From assembly GCA_028716245.1 (NCBI GenBank), contig JAQUQW010000001.1, forward strand, positions 388,322-452,321: a stretch of 64,000 nt of DNA, in the 5' to 3' direction. Below, in pieces: positions 56,691 through 64,000 of this stretch (positions within the stretch are counted from its first letter, which is position 1; each line of letters opens with the position of its first letter). The notes under the pieces are model-generated. The model saw only the letters and a list, made by a program, of their open reading frames with translations, searched no databases and had not been told where the DNA came from. The position numbers and the translations under genes are program-made. The stretch is from Candidatus Omnitrophota bacterium. GTDB lineage: Bacteria > Omnitrophota > Gorgyraeia > Gygaellales > Profunditerraquicolaceae.

Positions 56691-56709
56691 ATATTCGTAA
56701 ATATGTCAA
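56681..56709 (-). promoter_or_regulatory. sigma-70 promoter (TTGACA-17-TATATT) for the PilZ/zinc-ribbon/DUF4416/radical-SAM operon
   Basis: Read on the minus strand: TTGACATATTTACGAATATGTGTTATATT. Confidence 0.45.
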
Positions 56710-56730
56710 TACTTTACAAAAGGTGCAATA

Positions 56731-56770
56731 AAAAGGCCTCCTTTTAAATCTCAAAAAGAGGCCTTTTATT
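56731..56770 (-). terminator. rho-independent terminator (AAAGGCCTC...GAGGCCTTT plus TTTTATT)
   Basis: Follows the stop of the minus-strand gene at 56789. Confidence 0.7.
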
Positions 56771-56788
56771 AATATCTAAAAAAATAAA

Positions 56789-57235
56789 TTAGTTCTGGTT
56801 TTCGATTGAGACTAGGCTCAGCTCATCCCCAACCTGCTTGGCAGTAACGGTTACCTGTAACTTGCTGTCAGCTACTTTAAGAAACTCTGCAACTTTGGCG
56901 TTGGAATTTTTATCGAATTTGTAAAGCTTGCCGTCTGCAAAAATAGAATAACCACTCTCAATGCATCCGGGTTTTAAAGCACACTCCTTGGTATGTGTCT
57001 TGACAAATTCAGCCAGAGTGTCTTTATTAGCGCCTGCGCACATATTGTCGATAACATCGCCCTTTAACGTCAAAACTTCAGGAGTAACGGCAACTGTAGT
57101 CGCAGTAGCGGTTGTCGCAGCTGTAGCCTCAGTAGCAGTTGTAGCAGCAGGCACAGCGGTATCCTCAGCAAAAGCTAAAGAGCTTACAAAACAAAAAGCA
57201 ATAAGCACAAAAAATATCTTTTTCATTTTATTCAC
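56789..57235 (-). CDS. secreted Thr/Ala-rich protein with a Cys-containing C-terminal domain, hypothetical
   Basis: Signal peptide; low-complexity ATTATEATAATTATATT linker; 148 aa. Confidence 0.45.
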   Translation of the reverse strand: MNKMKKIFFVLIAFCFVSSLAFAEDTAVPAATTATEATAATTATATTVAVTPEVLTLKGDVIDNMCAGANKDTLAEFVKTHTKECALKPGCIESGYSIFADGKLYKFDKNSNAKVAEFLKVADSKLQVTVTAKQVGDELSLVSIENQN

Positions 57236-57349
57236 CTCCTTTCATTTAATTAAATTTTGAAACAAAAAATGGAAACAATTTCTATAATCATAACAAGGTG
57301 ATTGCCGCCTGTCAATAAATAAAATGCCGCCATCAAAAAAGTAAAATTA

Positions 57350-57376
57350 TTGACAGGCAATCAATTGTGGTATAAT
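57350..57376 (+). promoter_or_regulatory. sigma-70 promoter (TTGACA, extended -10 TGgTATAAT)
   Basis: Exact hexamers; the -35 lies inside an inverted repeat TTGCCGCCTGTCAATAA...TTATTGACAGGCAA. Confidence 0.55.
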
Positions 57377-57383
57377 TAATTGT

Positions 57384-57473
57384 CACCCCGCACTATAAGG
57401 CGCCCGGCGCAATAGGTATGCGCTTAGCATGCGCTTGTGCGCTAGCGCGGGTGTGCCCTTGTGGGCTAGGAGG
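57384..57473 (+). promoter_or_regulatory. conserved 5'-leader motif copy 3 (extended version)
   Basis: CACCCCGC...GCGGGTGTGCCCTTGTGGGCTAGGAGG with extra internal palindromes (GCGCTAGCGC; GCGC-TTGT-GCGC). Confidence 0.5.
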
Positions 57474-57478
57474 CCGAA

Positions 57479-57799
57479 ATGAATAAAATCTGCATTATTC
57501 TGCTGTTTATCGCCTTAAATCTCTTAGTTACCAATACTCCTGCCAAAGCAAACAATGATAATTCAAATCAACAAAAACCTCCTAGCGGCATGGAAATTAT
57601 AACTGTCGGAGATGGTCAACAGTTAATTCTCCCTAAAGGGACAAAGATGCGTAAAATAGGCGCCCAATTAATTATTGAGGACAATGCCGAATACGTATCG
57701 GAACGAATTTGGGATTTAGAGAAGCGCATAAAGAGATTGGAATCAGCCAATGAAGAACTTAAAAAACAGATACAGGAATTGAAAAATCCAGCCCCCTAA
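57479..57799 (+). CDS. secreted coiled-coil protein, hypothetical
   Basis: Signal peptide; C-terminal heptad-repeat segment (RIWDLEKRIKRLESANEELKKQIQELK). Confidence 0.5.
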   Translation: MNKICIILLFIALNLLVTNTPAKANNDNSNQQKPPSGMEIITVGDGQQLILPKGTKMRKIGAQLIIEDNAEYVSERIWDLEKRIKRLESANEELKKQIQELKNPAP

Positions 57800-58275
57800 G
57801 GTGCTTTACCTGCTTTTGTCGCCTTTTTTAACACAGAAACCCTGCTTAACTCAGAATCTATATTTTTGTTCAATTCGCTAAAATCGCTCCTTAATCTTTC
57901 TTTACAAACTTTCGTCTTAGGCTCAAGCGTTTGTGTTACTGCATCCAAACTCTTAATATTCAATTCGCTTGTGCTCTTGATTATCTTGAGCCAATTAATC
58001 AGATAATTGACAGCATCTTCATTGGGGATTTTTACACTGTTAAAAATCCCTACCATATAAAAATAAGCATCCAGCTGCATCATCGTCATAACAGAAGAAT
58101 CCCACATACTGCTCATCAAGACTATATCTTTTGACTGTAGGAACAAGGCTTTTATCTGTTTTGATTCCAAGGATATTTTATTACGCATTTCAAAAAGACC
58201 ATTCTCCAAAGCATAGCTGCGAACACTAAAAAATATAAATAAAATCAACAAAATTGAAATTTTCTTTTTCATCAC
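57796..58275 (-). CDS. secreted hypothetical protein, last gene of the pseudopilin operon
   Basis: Signal peptide; 159 aa; starts just downstream of the GspM-like gene. Confidence 0.4.
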   Translation of the reverse strand: MMKKKISILLILFIFFSVRSYALENGLFEMRNKISLESKQIKALFLQSKDIVLMSSMWDSSVMTMMQLDAYFYMVGIFNSVKIPNEDAVNYLINWLKIIKSTSELNIKSLDAVTQTLEPKTKVCKERLRSDFSELNKNIDSELSRVSVLKKATKAGKAP

Positions 58276-58312
58276 TTCCTCCTCGCCATTCTGCCCCTTT
58301 ATAAAATCAAAA

Positions 58313-58870
58313 CTAAAGAGTAATTATTTTAGAGATAACCATACTGCAGATTGCTACACTGGATTCTTTAGCCTTTGGGCTGATCTGGCATTTTTCAATG
58401 GTTAAAAGCTCCTTAGAGTTTTCTATATTATACATGAAGCGGATTAATTGCTCCATCTGTGCTTCGCAGTTTAAATTTATCAAATATTTTTTTGATGCCC
58501 CTGTTTCTTTCATACTTGCAGGCTTCATGTCAACTAAATAAACCGAAGCTTTATCAGCGTAATTTTCAATCTCTTTCATTAAAGAAGCCGCCTGGTCTTC
58601 GCCGGATTCAGGAGTATTTAAGAAAGAGCTATATCTGGCATTTTCAGCTAAAATCCTATCCTTCTGAGCTAATATGCGTAAATTCTTCTTAACCTCCGAT
58701 TCTTTCAATCGAATCTCTTTATCCAGGGATTTCATCCTAGAAAATACCGGAGATATTATTAAACGGTCCAAAACCACTAAAGAGATAAAGAAAATCACAA
58801 CATAAAGAATAAATTTTTCTTTTTTAGGTAAACGCGTAAAAGCTGCATAAAGGGACGGGGCCTTAAACAT
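58313..58870 (-). CDS. gspM: GspM/PilO-like bitopic inner-membrane protein
   Basis: Short cytoplasmic N-terminus, one TM, coiled coil plus periplasmic domain; follows the GspL-like gene. Confidence 0.5.
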   Translation of the reverse strand: MFKAPSLYAAFTRLPKKEKFILYVVIFFISLVVLDRLIISPVFSRMKSLDKEIRLKESEVKKNLRILAQKDRILAENARYSSFLNTPESGEDQAASLMKEIENYADKASVYLVDMKPASMKETGASKKYLINLNCEAQMEQLIRFMYNIENSKELLTIEKCQISPKAKESSVAICSMVISKIITL

Positions 58871-58876
58871 CCTATT

Positions 58877-60358
58877 TTATCTAGCCTCCTTATTCAACAA
58901 AGCAGTTATTTCAAAATCTGTCAGATCCTTATAACCATCTTTTCTTTTTGTAGTATATTTAGTTTTAACATCTTGAAAATATTTTAATTTTTTCATGCTG
59001 TCAACGAATGAAAAAACTATGGACATCGACTCTGCGGTGCCCCTGACGGAAAATTTATCCTGCTCATCAAAACGAATATCATTTAGTTCTAAATCCAAGG
59101 GGCTGATATTGTGTAATTCGGTTAATGCCTCCAAGAAGAAACCGCGGCTGGATAGATAATTCCTTACTGTTTTTACCTTTAAAGATTCCTTTTCTAATTT
59201 TTGCGACTCTTGATCTAGTGTTTGATATTTATTACTTAACTCCTTAAGATATACGCTCTTAAAATAAATCTTGCTTAGCAATATAAAGAATAATAAAATA
59301 AAAATCGTAAGCGTAAAGACCCCTATCTTTATCAGGTCATTGCCTCTTTCCTCAAGCGACCTCTTTATTTTTATCTCCTCAGGGATAAAGCTGACCCGCA
59401 TCTCTTCCAAGCTAAATAAAGGGGCAATTACATTTAGGAATGACGAATATCTGGTCTTAAACGCTGCCTTCAAGGGCTCATCCGGAATTATCAAATTACT
59501 CAAATAGGCTACTATCTTGACGGATAAATGCAAGTTATTATTTAAAATAGTCTCTACGTCTTTTAATTCTTCTATGGCGCCGGTCAAAAAGAGCGTTTTA
59601 GGATAACTCTCGATCTCCTCGGCCTGATAGGCCTCTAAAGACCTCTTTATTTCTTCTATAAATTTCACCACAAACTTTTCCTTTTCATCCAAAAGGCTGC
59701 GGGCGCCGATAGGAATGCTCCTTATGAATAAAACTTTACTTTTAAAAACAATGGAAAAATCTGTGCAGCTTTCATCGATATGGAGAATGCCTACCGGTGC
59801 GTTTTCAGTTTCAATTTTTAATATTCTAGAGATAGACCGGGCAAGCCCCTCAGGGGCAAGAAACACATTTGTTAATTTAAGCCCGGCTTTTTCCAGTATT
59901 TCAAATTGCCTTTTTATGACATTGCGCGCAACAATCACCAAAAGAATCTTGGTATAAGTATGTTTATAAGTGCATATATCAATATAATCACTGATTATTT
60001 CTTCCCGGGAATACGGAGTATGCCGGGGCGCCTGTAAATCTATGATCTTCTTTATGACACCGTGGTCGATAGATGGTATCTCGATATTTTTAGTCAAGAT
60101 CAAATGTGACGCAACGGTATTGACAATATTGGCATCTTTTACCGTTAAATTATTAAAACAAGCACGGATGACTTTAGAAATTTCGGCATCAGGCAGGCCG
60201 GTAATATCGCAGCTTTTGATATTAACTATCTTTCTTTTATTAGCAAGGCCTCTGGCGTGGACAAGCTTTAAAGTATTGGAACTAAAATCTATCCCGACAA
60301 AATCCCGTTTGCCGTTATCAGCCAAAAATTTTAATCTTCCGATATTCATTCCCAACAT
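58877..60358 (-). CDS. gspL: GspL-like protein (PilM-like actin-fold cytoplasmic domain, TM, PilN-like periplasmic domain)
   Basis: 493 aa; single TM near residue 350 (IKIGVFTLTIFILLFFILL) followed by a coiled coil. Confidence 0.6.
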   Translation of the reverse strand: MLGMNIGRLKFLADNGKRDFVGIDFSSNTLKLVHARGLANKRKIVNIKSCDITGLPDAEISKVIRACFNNLTVKDANIVNTVASHLILTKNIEIPSIDHGVIKKIIDLQAPRHTPYSREEIISDYIDICTYKHTYTKILLVIVARNVIKRQFEILEKAGLKLTNVFLAPEGLARSISRILKIETENAPVGILHIDESCTDFSIVFKSKVLFIRSIPIGARSLLDEKEKFVVKFIEEIKRSLEAYQAEEIESYPKTLFLTGAIEELKDVETILNNNLHLSVKIVAYLSNLIIPDEPLKAAFKTRYSSFLNVIAPLFSLEEMRVSFIPEEIKIKRSLEERGNDLIKIGVFTLTIFILLFFILLSKIYFKSVYLKELSNKYQTLDQESQKLEKESLKVKTVRNYLSSRGFFLEALTELHNISPLDLELNDIRFDEQDKFSVRGTAESMSIVFSFVDSMKKLKYFQDVKTKYTTKRKDGYKDLTDFEITALLNKEAR

Positions 60359-60361
60359 ACC

Positions 60362-61366
60362 TTAAGACTCCCGCCAATATAGTATATTTCCGTTACGGTT
60401 AATCACGCAAATCAATTCCACGGTATCTACTCTGTTGTTTAATTTAGCAGACGCCTTGATCATAAAATTTTTAGAATTTGCAACCAAGTATTGGTCAACT
60501 ACCGCACTAAGCTCTGCCAGCTCAGAAACACTCAGATGATAAGACTGGCTAAGTTTTGGGATTATATTAGCAGTTGTATCGAAAATTTTATCGTCGGCAG
60601 TAGCCATAACCCCATCTTCACCTGCCCTAAAAGACATAATATCACCTGCAATATTATCATCTAAGCCTAAAGCCAGAAGCACCGGCCTTGAAGCAGTATT
60701 GATATTAACCCTGCCGCTGCTATAAATAGTAACATAATCCTTGATTTTTTCAAAGATATCCTTGTTCATCCCTTTAACCAGAAGAATTTCATCCAGAACT
60801 TCAAAATCCTGGTTCCTTGCTTCATAAGGATATTGCATGCTTCTGTAATCAAAATTCTCGGCACTGCCCAAAGGTATTGATAATTGGCTATCGCTGTCCC
60901 TCCAGTCAATTATGCAAGCCGCCAGCTCCTGAGCGCCTGTTTCATCCAGACCAGCGACAATCTGAAAAAGATGCTTAAGCACCGGCATCCCTGCTTTATT
61001 AATATTTATTTTTCTTTCTTCATCAACCAGCCCATACCGGGTTTGGCAAATTCCTGATTTCTCGTCTATATAACCATATGAAATATCGACCTCGCCATCG
61101 CCTATAGCCATCCCTTTAAAGGCGCCAAGATTATTGCTCCAGGTATCCCCTAAAGCATCATAAGGCTTCTCTTCTTCTTTTTTCAATTCCACGATTGCTT
61201 TCATTACCGCAGCCTGGGCAATAAAATGTAATTTGCTTTTTTCATCCAGCCTTTGGGCTAAGGTTAATTTCTGCCTGACTTGATATCCTAAAACCACGCT
61301 AAAAATAGTTAACAGGCAAACCGTCCACAAAGAGATAAACAATATGCTGCCGCCTTTAGTCTGCAC
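60362..61366 (-). CDS. gspK: GspK-like minor pseudopilin
   Basis: Hydrophobic N-terminal helix without the conserved Glu5, large periplasmic domain; 334 aa; follows gspJ. Confidence 0.6.
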   Translation of the reverse strand: MQTKGGSILFISLWTVCLLTIFSVVLGYQVRQKLTLAQRLDEKSKLHFIAQAAVMKAIVELKKEEEKPYDALGDTWSNNLGAFKGMAIGDGEVDISYGYIDEKSGICQTRYGLVDEERKININKAGMPVLKHLFQIVAGLDETGAQELAACIIDWRDSDSQLSIPLGSAENFDYRSMQYPYEARNQDFEVLDEILLVKGMNKDIFEKIKDYVTIYSSGRVNINTASRPVLLALGLDDNIAGDIMSFRAGEDGVMATADDKIFDTTANIIPKLSQSYHLSVSELAELSAVVDQYLVANSKNFMIKASAKLNNRVDTVELICVINRNGNILYWRES

Positions 61367-61392
61367 GCTGGCCTTTTAAATAATCCATTAAA

Positions 61393-61980
61393 TTAATTGC
61401 TAACCGGAATACTGACCGTTTTAACAAACTCACTGCTTTGCCTGCCCTGGCCTAAACTCAACTCTACCCTTACCGCCAAAGGCAACCCATCTTTTGACCA
61501 CTCATCAAGCCAAAGATACTCTTTTATCCCTTGGTCATAGAAATAATATTGGAATCTCAATGATTCCACATTCCTTACTAATTGTTGAGTTAGGCCTGCG
61601 CTGCCCTCGTAAATTTGGCTATAATCCAAAGAAGATCTGCTTATTATCCTTGACTCCGGATCATAAAGATAGATAACTTTGCCTACCGTATTCTTCTGCA
61701 TTCTCTGGCTATCTACAAGAGTAATGAATTCAACCTGTTTTTCTTTCCCTGAGAAATTGTACCCGCTGAATTTAAAAGCATTTCTTAAATCTAAAACAAA
61801 CTTCTCAAAGAAAATATCCAAATCCTCTTCAACTGCCTGCTCATTTATTTTCTGCCAAATTTTTATACCATTGTTAAAAGTGGCATATATTGCCAGGGAT
61901 ACAACGGCTAAAAGCGCCGTAACAATAAGCAATTCAACCAGGGTAAAAGCTTCTTTATTCCTTCTTCTTATACTCTGCAT
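61393..61980 (-). CDS. gspJ: GspJ-like minor pseudopilin (prepilin-type N-terminus)
   Basis: KEA-FTLVELLIVTALLAVV class-III signal with Glu5; start set to the internal Met (MQSIRRRNKEAFTLVEL) rather than the track start 62058. Confidence 0.55.
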   Translation of the reverse strand: MQSIRRRNKEAFTLVELLIVTALLAVVSLAIYATFNNGIKIWQKINEQAVEEDLDIFFEKFVLDLRNAFKFSGYNFSGKEKQVEFITLVDSQRMQKNTVGKVIYLYDPESRIISRSSLDYSQIYEGSAGLTQQLVRNVESLRFQYYFYDQGIKEYLWLDEWSKDGLPLAVRVELSLGQGRQSSEFVKTVSIPVSN

Positions 61981-62344
61981 ATGCGCTTCTTGATAGCCCC
62001 GCTTTTCTTTGGCCTTGTTGCCAATAAAGATCCAGGTCGATTTTGTATAAACCACCATCGATCAAGCTGTAATTTAGGCCCCAGCTAAAAGTCTTACCCG
62101 ACTTTTGAAATTCACCTGTTGTTTGCAGCTGGGCCAAAGCGCCAAACTTATTCAAACCATCCTGCGCCTGCCAAAGCTGTTCATCCATCCACGGAATAAG
62201 GTTGAGATAATTGGTGTAACGGTTAAAGGCATCTAAGGAAGTAAAAAATGCCCCATATATCAGAACAGTCCCCAGAGACAAAACCACTGTGGTAACCATT
62301 ACCTCTATAAGGGTAAACCCTTTATTCCCAATTTTTAACGTCAT
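61955..62344 (-). CDS. gspI: GspI-like minor pseudopilin
   Basis: KG-FTLIEVMVTTVVLSLG prepilin signal; start ambiguous (62344, 62365 or 62389). Confidence 0.55.
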   Translation of the reverse strand: MTLKIGNKGFTLIEVMVTTVVLSLGTVLIYGAFFTSLDAFNRYTNYLNLIPWMDEQLWQAQDGLNKFGALAQLQTTGEFQKSGKTFSWGLNYSLIDGGLYKIDLDLYWQQGQRKAGLSRSAYAEYKKKE

Positions 62345-63083
62345 CCTCGGTTCCTTCTTGGCCATCCCTTCCCAATGAATACAGATCATAATCGGCCCGA
62401 TGGTTACCCGGTGATTTATATTTATACTCTCTTCCCCAGGGGTCCAGGGGCTGCTTCTCTAAATAAGGGCCGTTCCATTTTCGGCTGGAAGCCGGCTTAT
62501 TCAACAAAGCATTTAAACCTTCTTCGGTGGTAGGAAAAATACCATTATCTAACTCGTAAAGTTTTAAAGCAGTGGCAATATTGGCGCGGATATCGGCTTC
62601 GGCGGTAGCCACGCGTGCCTGCTCGGTCCTTCCGGTAAGCCGAGGCATTACCATTGCGACCAAGGCTCCAATGATTATAACCACCAGCATCAGTTCAATC
62701 AGAGTAAAACCCTTAGGCGCCGTTACTTTTTCAATAGCCGATATGACCGTATCTATTTCTACCGGTTTAGTGATATAATCCAGTACCCCTAACTCATAAG
62801 CCTTAAGCTTATCTGCGTCCTTACTCAAAGCAGAAAGAATTATTATGGGGGTTTTACTGCCCACAGGATCACTGTTGAGCAGCTGGCAGGCATCCATACC
62901 TCCTATATCCGGCATAAGCAAATCAAGCAATAAACAATCGGGCTTATATTTATCTACTTGCGCGACAATATCTTTAGCGTTGGATAAAGCAATCACTTCA
63001 TAACCTTTACCTTCCAGGTTCAGTTGCAATATTCTCAAGAAATCTACCTCATCGTCAACCAGCATTATCTTCTTTTTCTTCAT
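62322..63083 (-). CDS. gspG: response-regulator receiver (REC) domain fused in frame to the major pseudopilin GspG
   Basis: Residues 1-120 are a complete REC (DD at 11-12, phospho-Asp in LLLDLLMPD, ILSALS, ITKP Lys), followed directly by TAPKG-FTLIELMLVVIIIGALVA (prepilin cleavage/methylation signal) and a GspG body with C-terminal Ca-binding loop DYDLYSLGRDGQEGTEDDV; no internal start or SD before the pilin part. Confidence 0.8.
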   Translation of the reverse strand: MKKKKIMLVDDEVDFLRILQLNLEGKGYEVIALSNAKDIVAQVDKYKPDCLLLDLLMPDIGGMDACQLLNSDPVGSKTPIIILSALSKDADKLKAYELGVLDYITKPVEIDTVISAIEKVTAPKGFTLIELMLVVIIIGALVAMVMPRLTGRTEQARVATAEADIRANIATALKLYELDNGIFPTTEEGLNALLNKPASSRKWNGPYLEKQPLDPWGREYKYKSPGNHRADYDLYSLGRDGQEGTEDDVKNWE

Positions 63084-64000
63084 GTTGTCCTTTCCTCCCC
63101 TATCTTAAAACTAAGAACCGCCTTAGTAAACTTGCCTTCCTGGCTAACTATATCAATGACCCCTCTATGCATCAGCATAATATTACGCGTAACTGACAGG
63201 CCTAAACCCAGTCCTTTATTGGGGCCTTTGGTGGTAAAAAAGGGCAGAAAAAGCTTATCCGTATTCTCTTTAGAAATACCTGTCCCTGTATCTTCTATTT
63301 CTACAATCAGGGCCTCTTCCCCTAAGGCAAACATATCGCTTTTTCTCTTGCCCACTCCATTTTTTATTTCATCGAGTTTTTTTGAATAAACGCGGATAAA
63401 GATCTTGCCGCCACCCGGCATTGCTTCAATGGCATTTAATAAGATATTCACCAGCGCCTGTTCAATTTTTTGCCGGTCAACAAAGATTTTAGGTAAATCT
63501 GCCTGGAATTGCCTGCTGATTTCAATATTACCCAGCTTAATTTTATGCTCAACCAGGACCAAAGAACTTTCTAATATAGATTCTATACTCTCATTTTGCT
63601 TGGATAACTCTGTTTTTCGGGAAAAACTAAATATTCCATCAATAATATTGTCGCTTCTTTTGACATTATCCTTAATCATATTCAAGGTATCAGAAATATT
63701 CCGAGGGCAAGGCTTAAGCTTGCCTTCTAAAAAATTCACCCCCTGCAAAATTACAGCTAAAGGATTCCTTATTTCATGGGCCACACCGCTGGCCAAAACA
63801 CCTACCGCGGCTAATTTTTCCGAATCCATCAACTCTGTCTGGACCTTATGTAATTCTACATAGGCCCTCTTTAGCTCCTCCGCCTTTTGCTGGCGTTCGG
63901 TAACATCCCGGCTAATGTGGACAAATTCATTAATCTGGTTTTTTTCATCCACAAGAGGATAAACGCTTACTTCAAAAAATCTTGGGTGGTTATTATTATC
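63080..64000 (-). CDS. PAS-domain sensor histidine kinase (HisKA + HATPase_c), 5'-partial
   Basis: H-box HEIRNPL, N/G1/F/G2 boxes (LLNAIEAM, EDTGTGI, GLGLGLS); the frame stays open beyond position 64000 with PAS-like sequence; its TGA overlaps the ATG of the REC-GspG gene (ATGA). Confidence 0.8.
   Translation of the reverse strand, partial: DNNNHPRFFEVSVYPLVDEKNQINEFVHISRDVTERQQKAEELKRAYVELHKVQTELMDSEKLAAVGVLASGVAHEIRNPLAVILQGVNFLEGKLKPCPRNISDTLNMIKDNVKRSDNIIDGIFSFSRKTELSKQNESIESILESSLVLVEHKIKLGNIEISRQFQADLPKIFVDRQKIEQALVNILLNAIEAMPGGGKIFIRVYSKKLDEIKNGVGKRKSDMFALGEEALIVEIEDTGTGISKENTDKLFLPFFTTKGPNKGLGLGLSVTRNIMLMHRGVIDIVSQEGKFTKAVLSFKIGEERTT

Noticed and set aside
1-64000. CRISPR arrays, rRNA genes, integrases or transposases
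   Set aside because: No regularly spaced direct repeats, no rRNA-like conserved stretches and no tyrosine/serine recombinase or DDE transposase ORFs were seen. The LAGLIDADG block is the only mobile-element-like locus.

Overview
The window is a gene-dense, moderately AT-rich bacterial chromosomal segment with roughly 78 coding sequences and one tRNA; the lineage is probably uncultivated (outer-membrane beta-barrels, SPOR, lipoproteins and type II secretion imply a Gram-negative envelope). The first half (1-33 kb) is mostly housekeeping on the plus strand: HIT, dGTPase, HD-GYP, aroB, gspAB, a guaB-like/guaA/dnaE operon, hup, hisS, a short GAD-less aspS, phoH-yqfF-ybeY-recO, panE/panB, mgtA, glyQS, ppdK, a sigma-70 factor, apt and tRNA-Arg(CCT). 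The middle (33-42 kb) is an accessory-like stretch: an outer-membrane porin, a GH57 glucan enzyme, a ParA ATPase fused to a CBM48 glycogen-binding domain, a lysine-rich histone-like protein, DUF134, a free-standing HTH-LAGLIDADG homing endonuclease, a 670-bp gene-less region, and lexA with a palindromic operator. The minus-strand half (42-64 kb) carries msrBA, eda, LOG, Fe-S and flavo proteins, an ABC-F ATPase, gpmA, four PilZ proteins with a radical-SAM/DUF4416 group, and a type II secretion pseudopilin operon. The most unusual locus is that operon: the major pseudopilin GspG is fused in frame behind a complete response-regulator receiver domain and is translationally coupled (ATGA overlap) to an upstream PAS histidine kinase that runs off the window end. 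Other unexplained structure includes a conserved 5'-leader RNA motif present three times, a REP-like palindromic hairpin family with compensatory changes, several strongly Shine-Dalgarno-preceded ORFs below the 60-aa track threshold, and a GIY-YIG/EF-hand read-through fusion.
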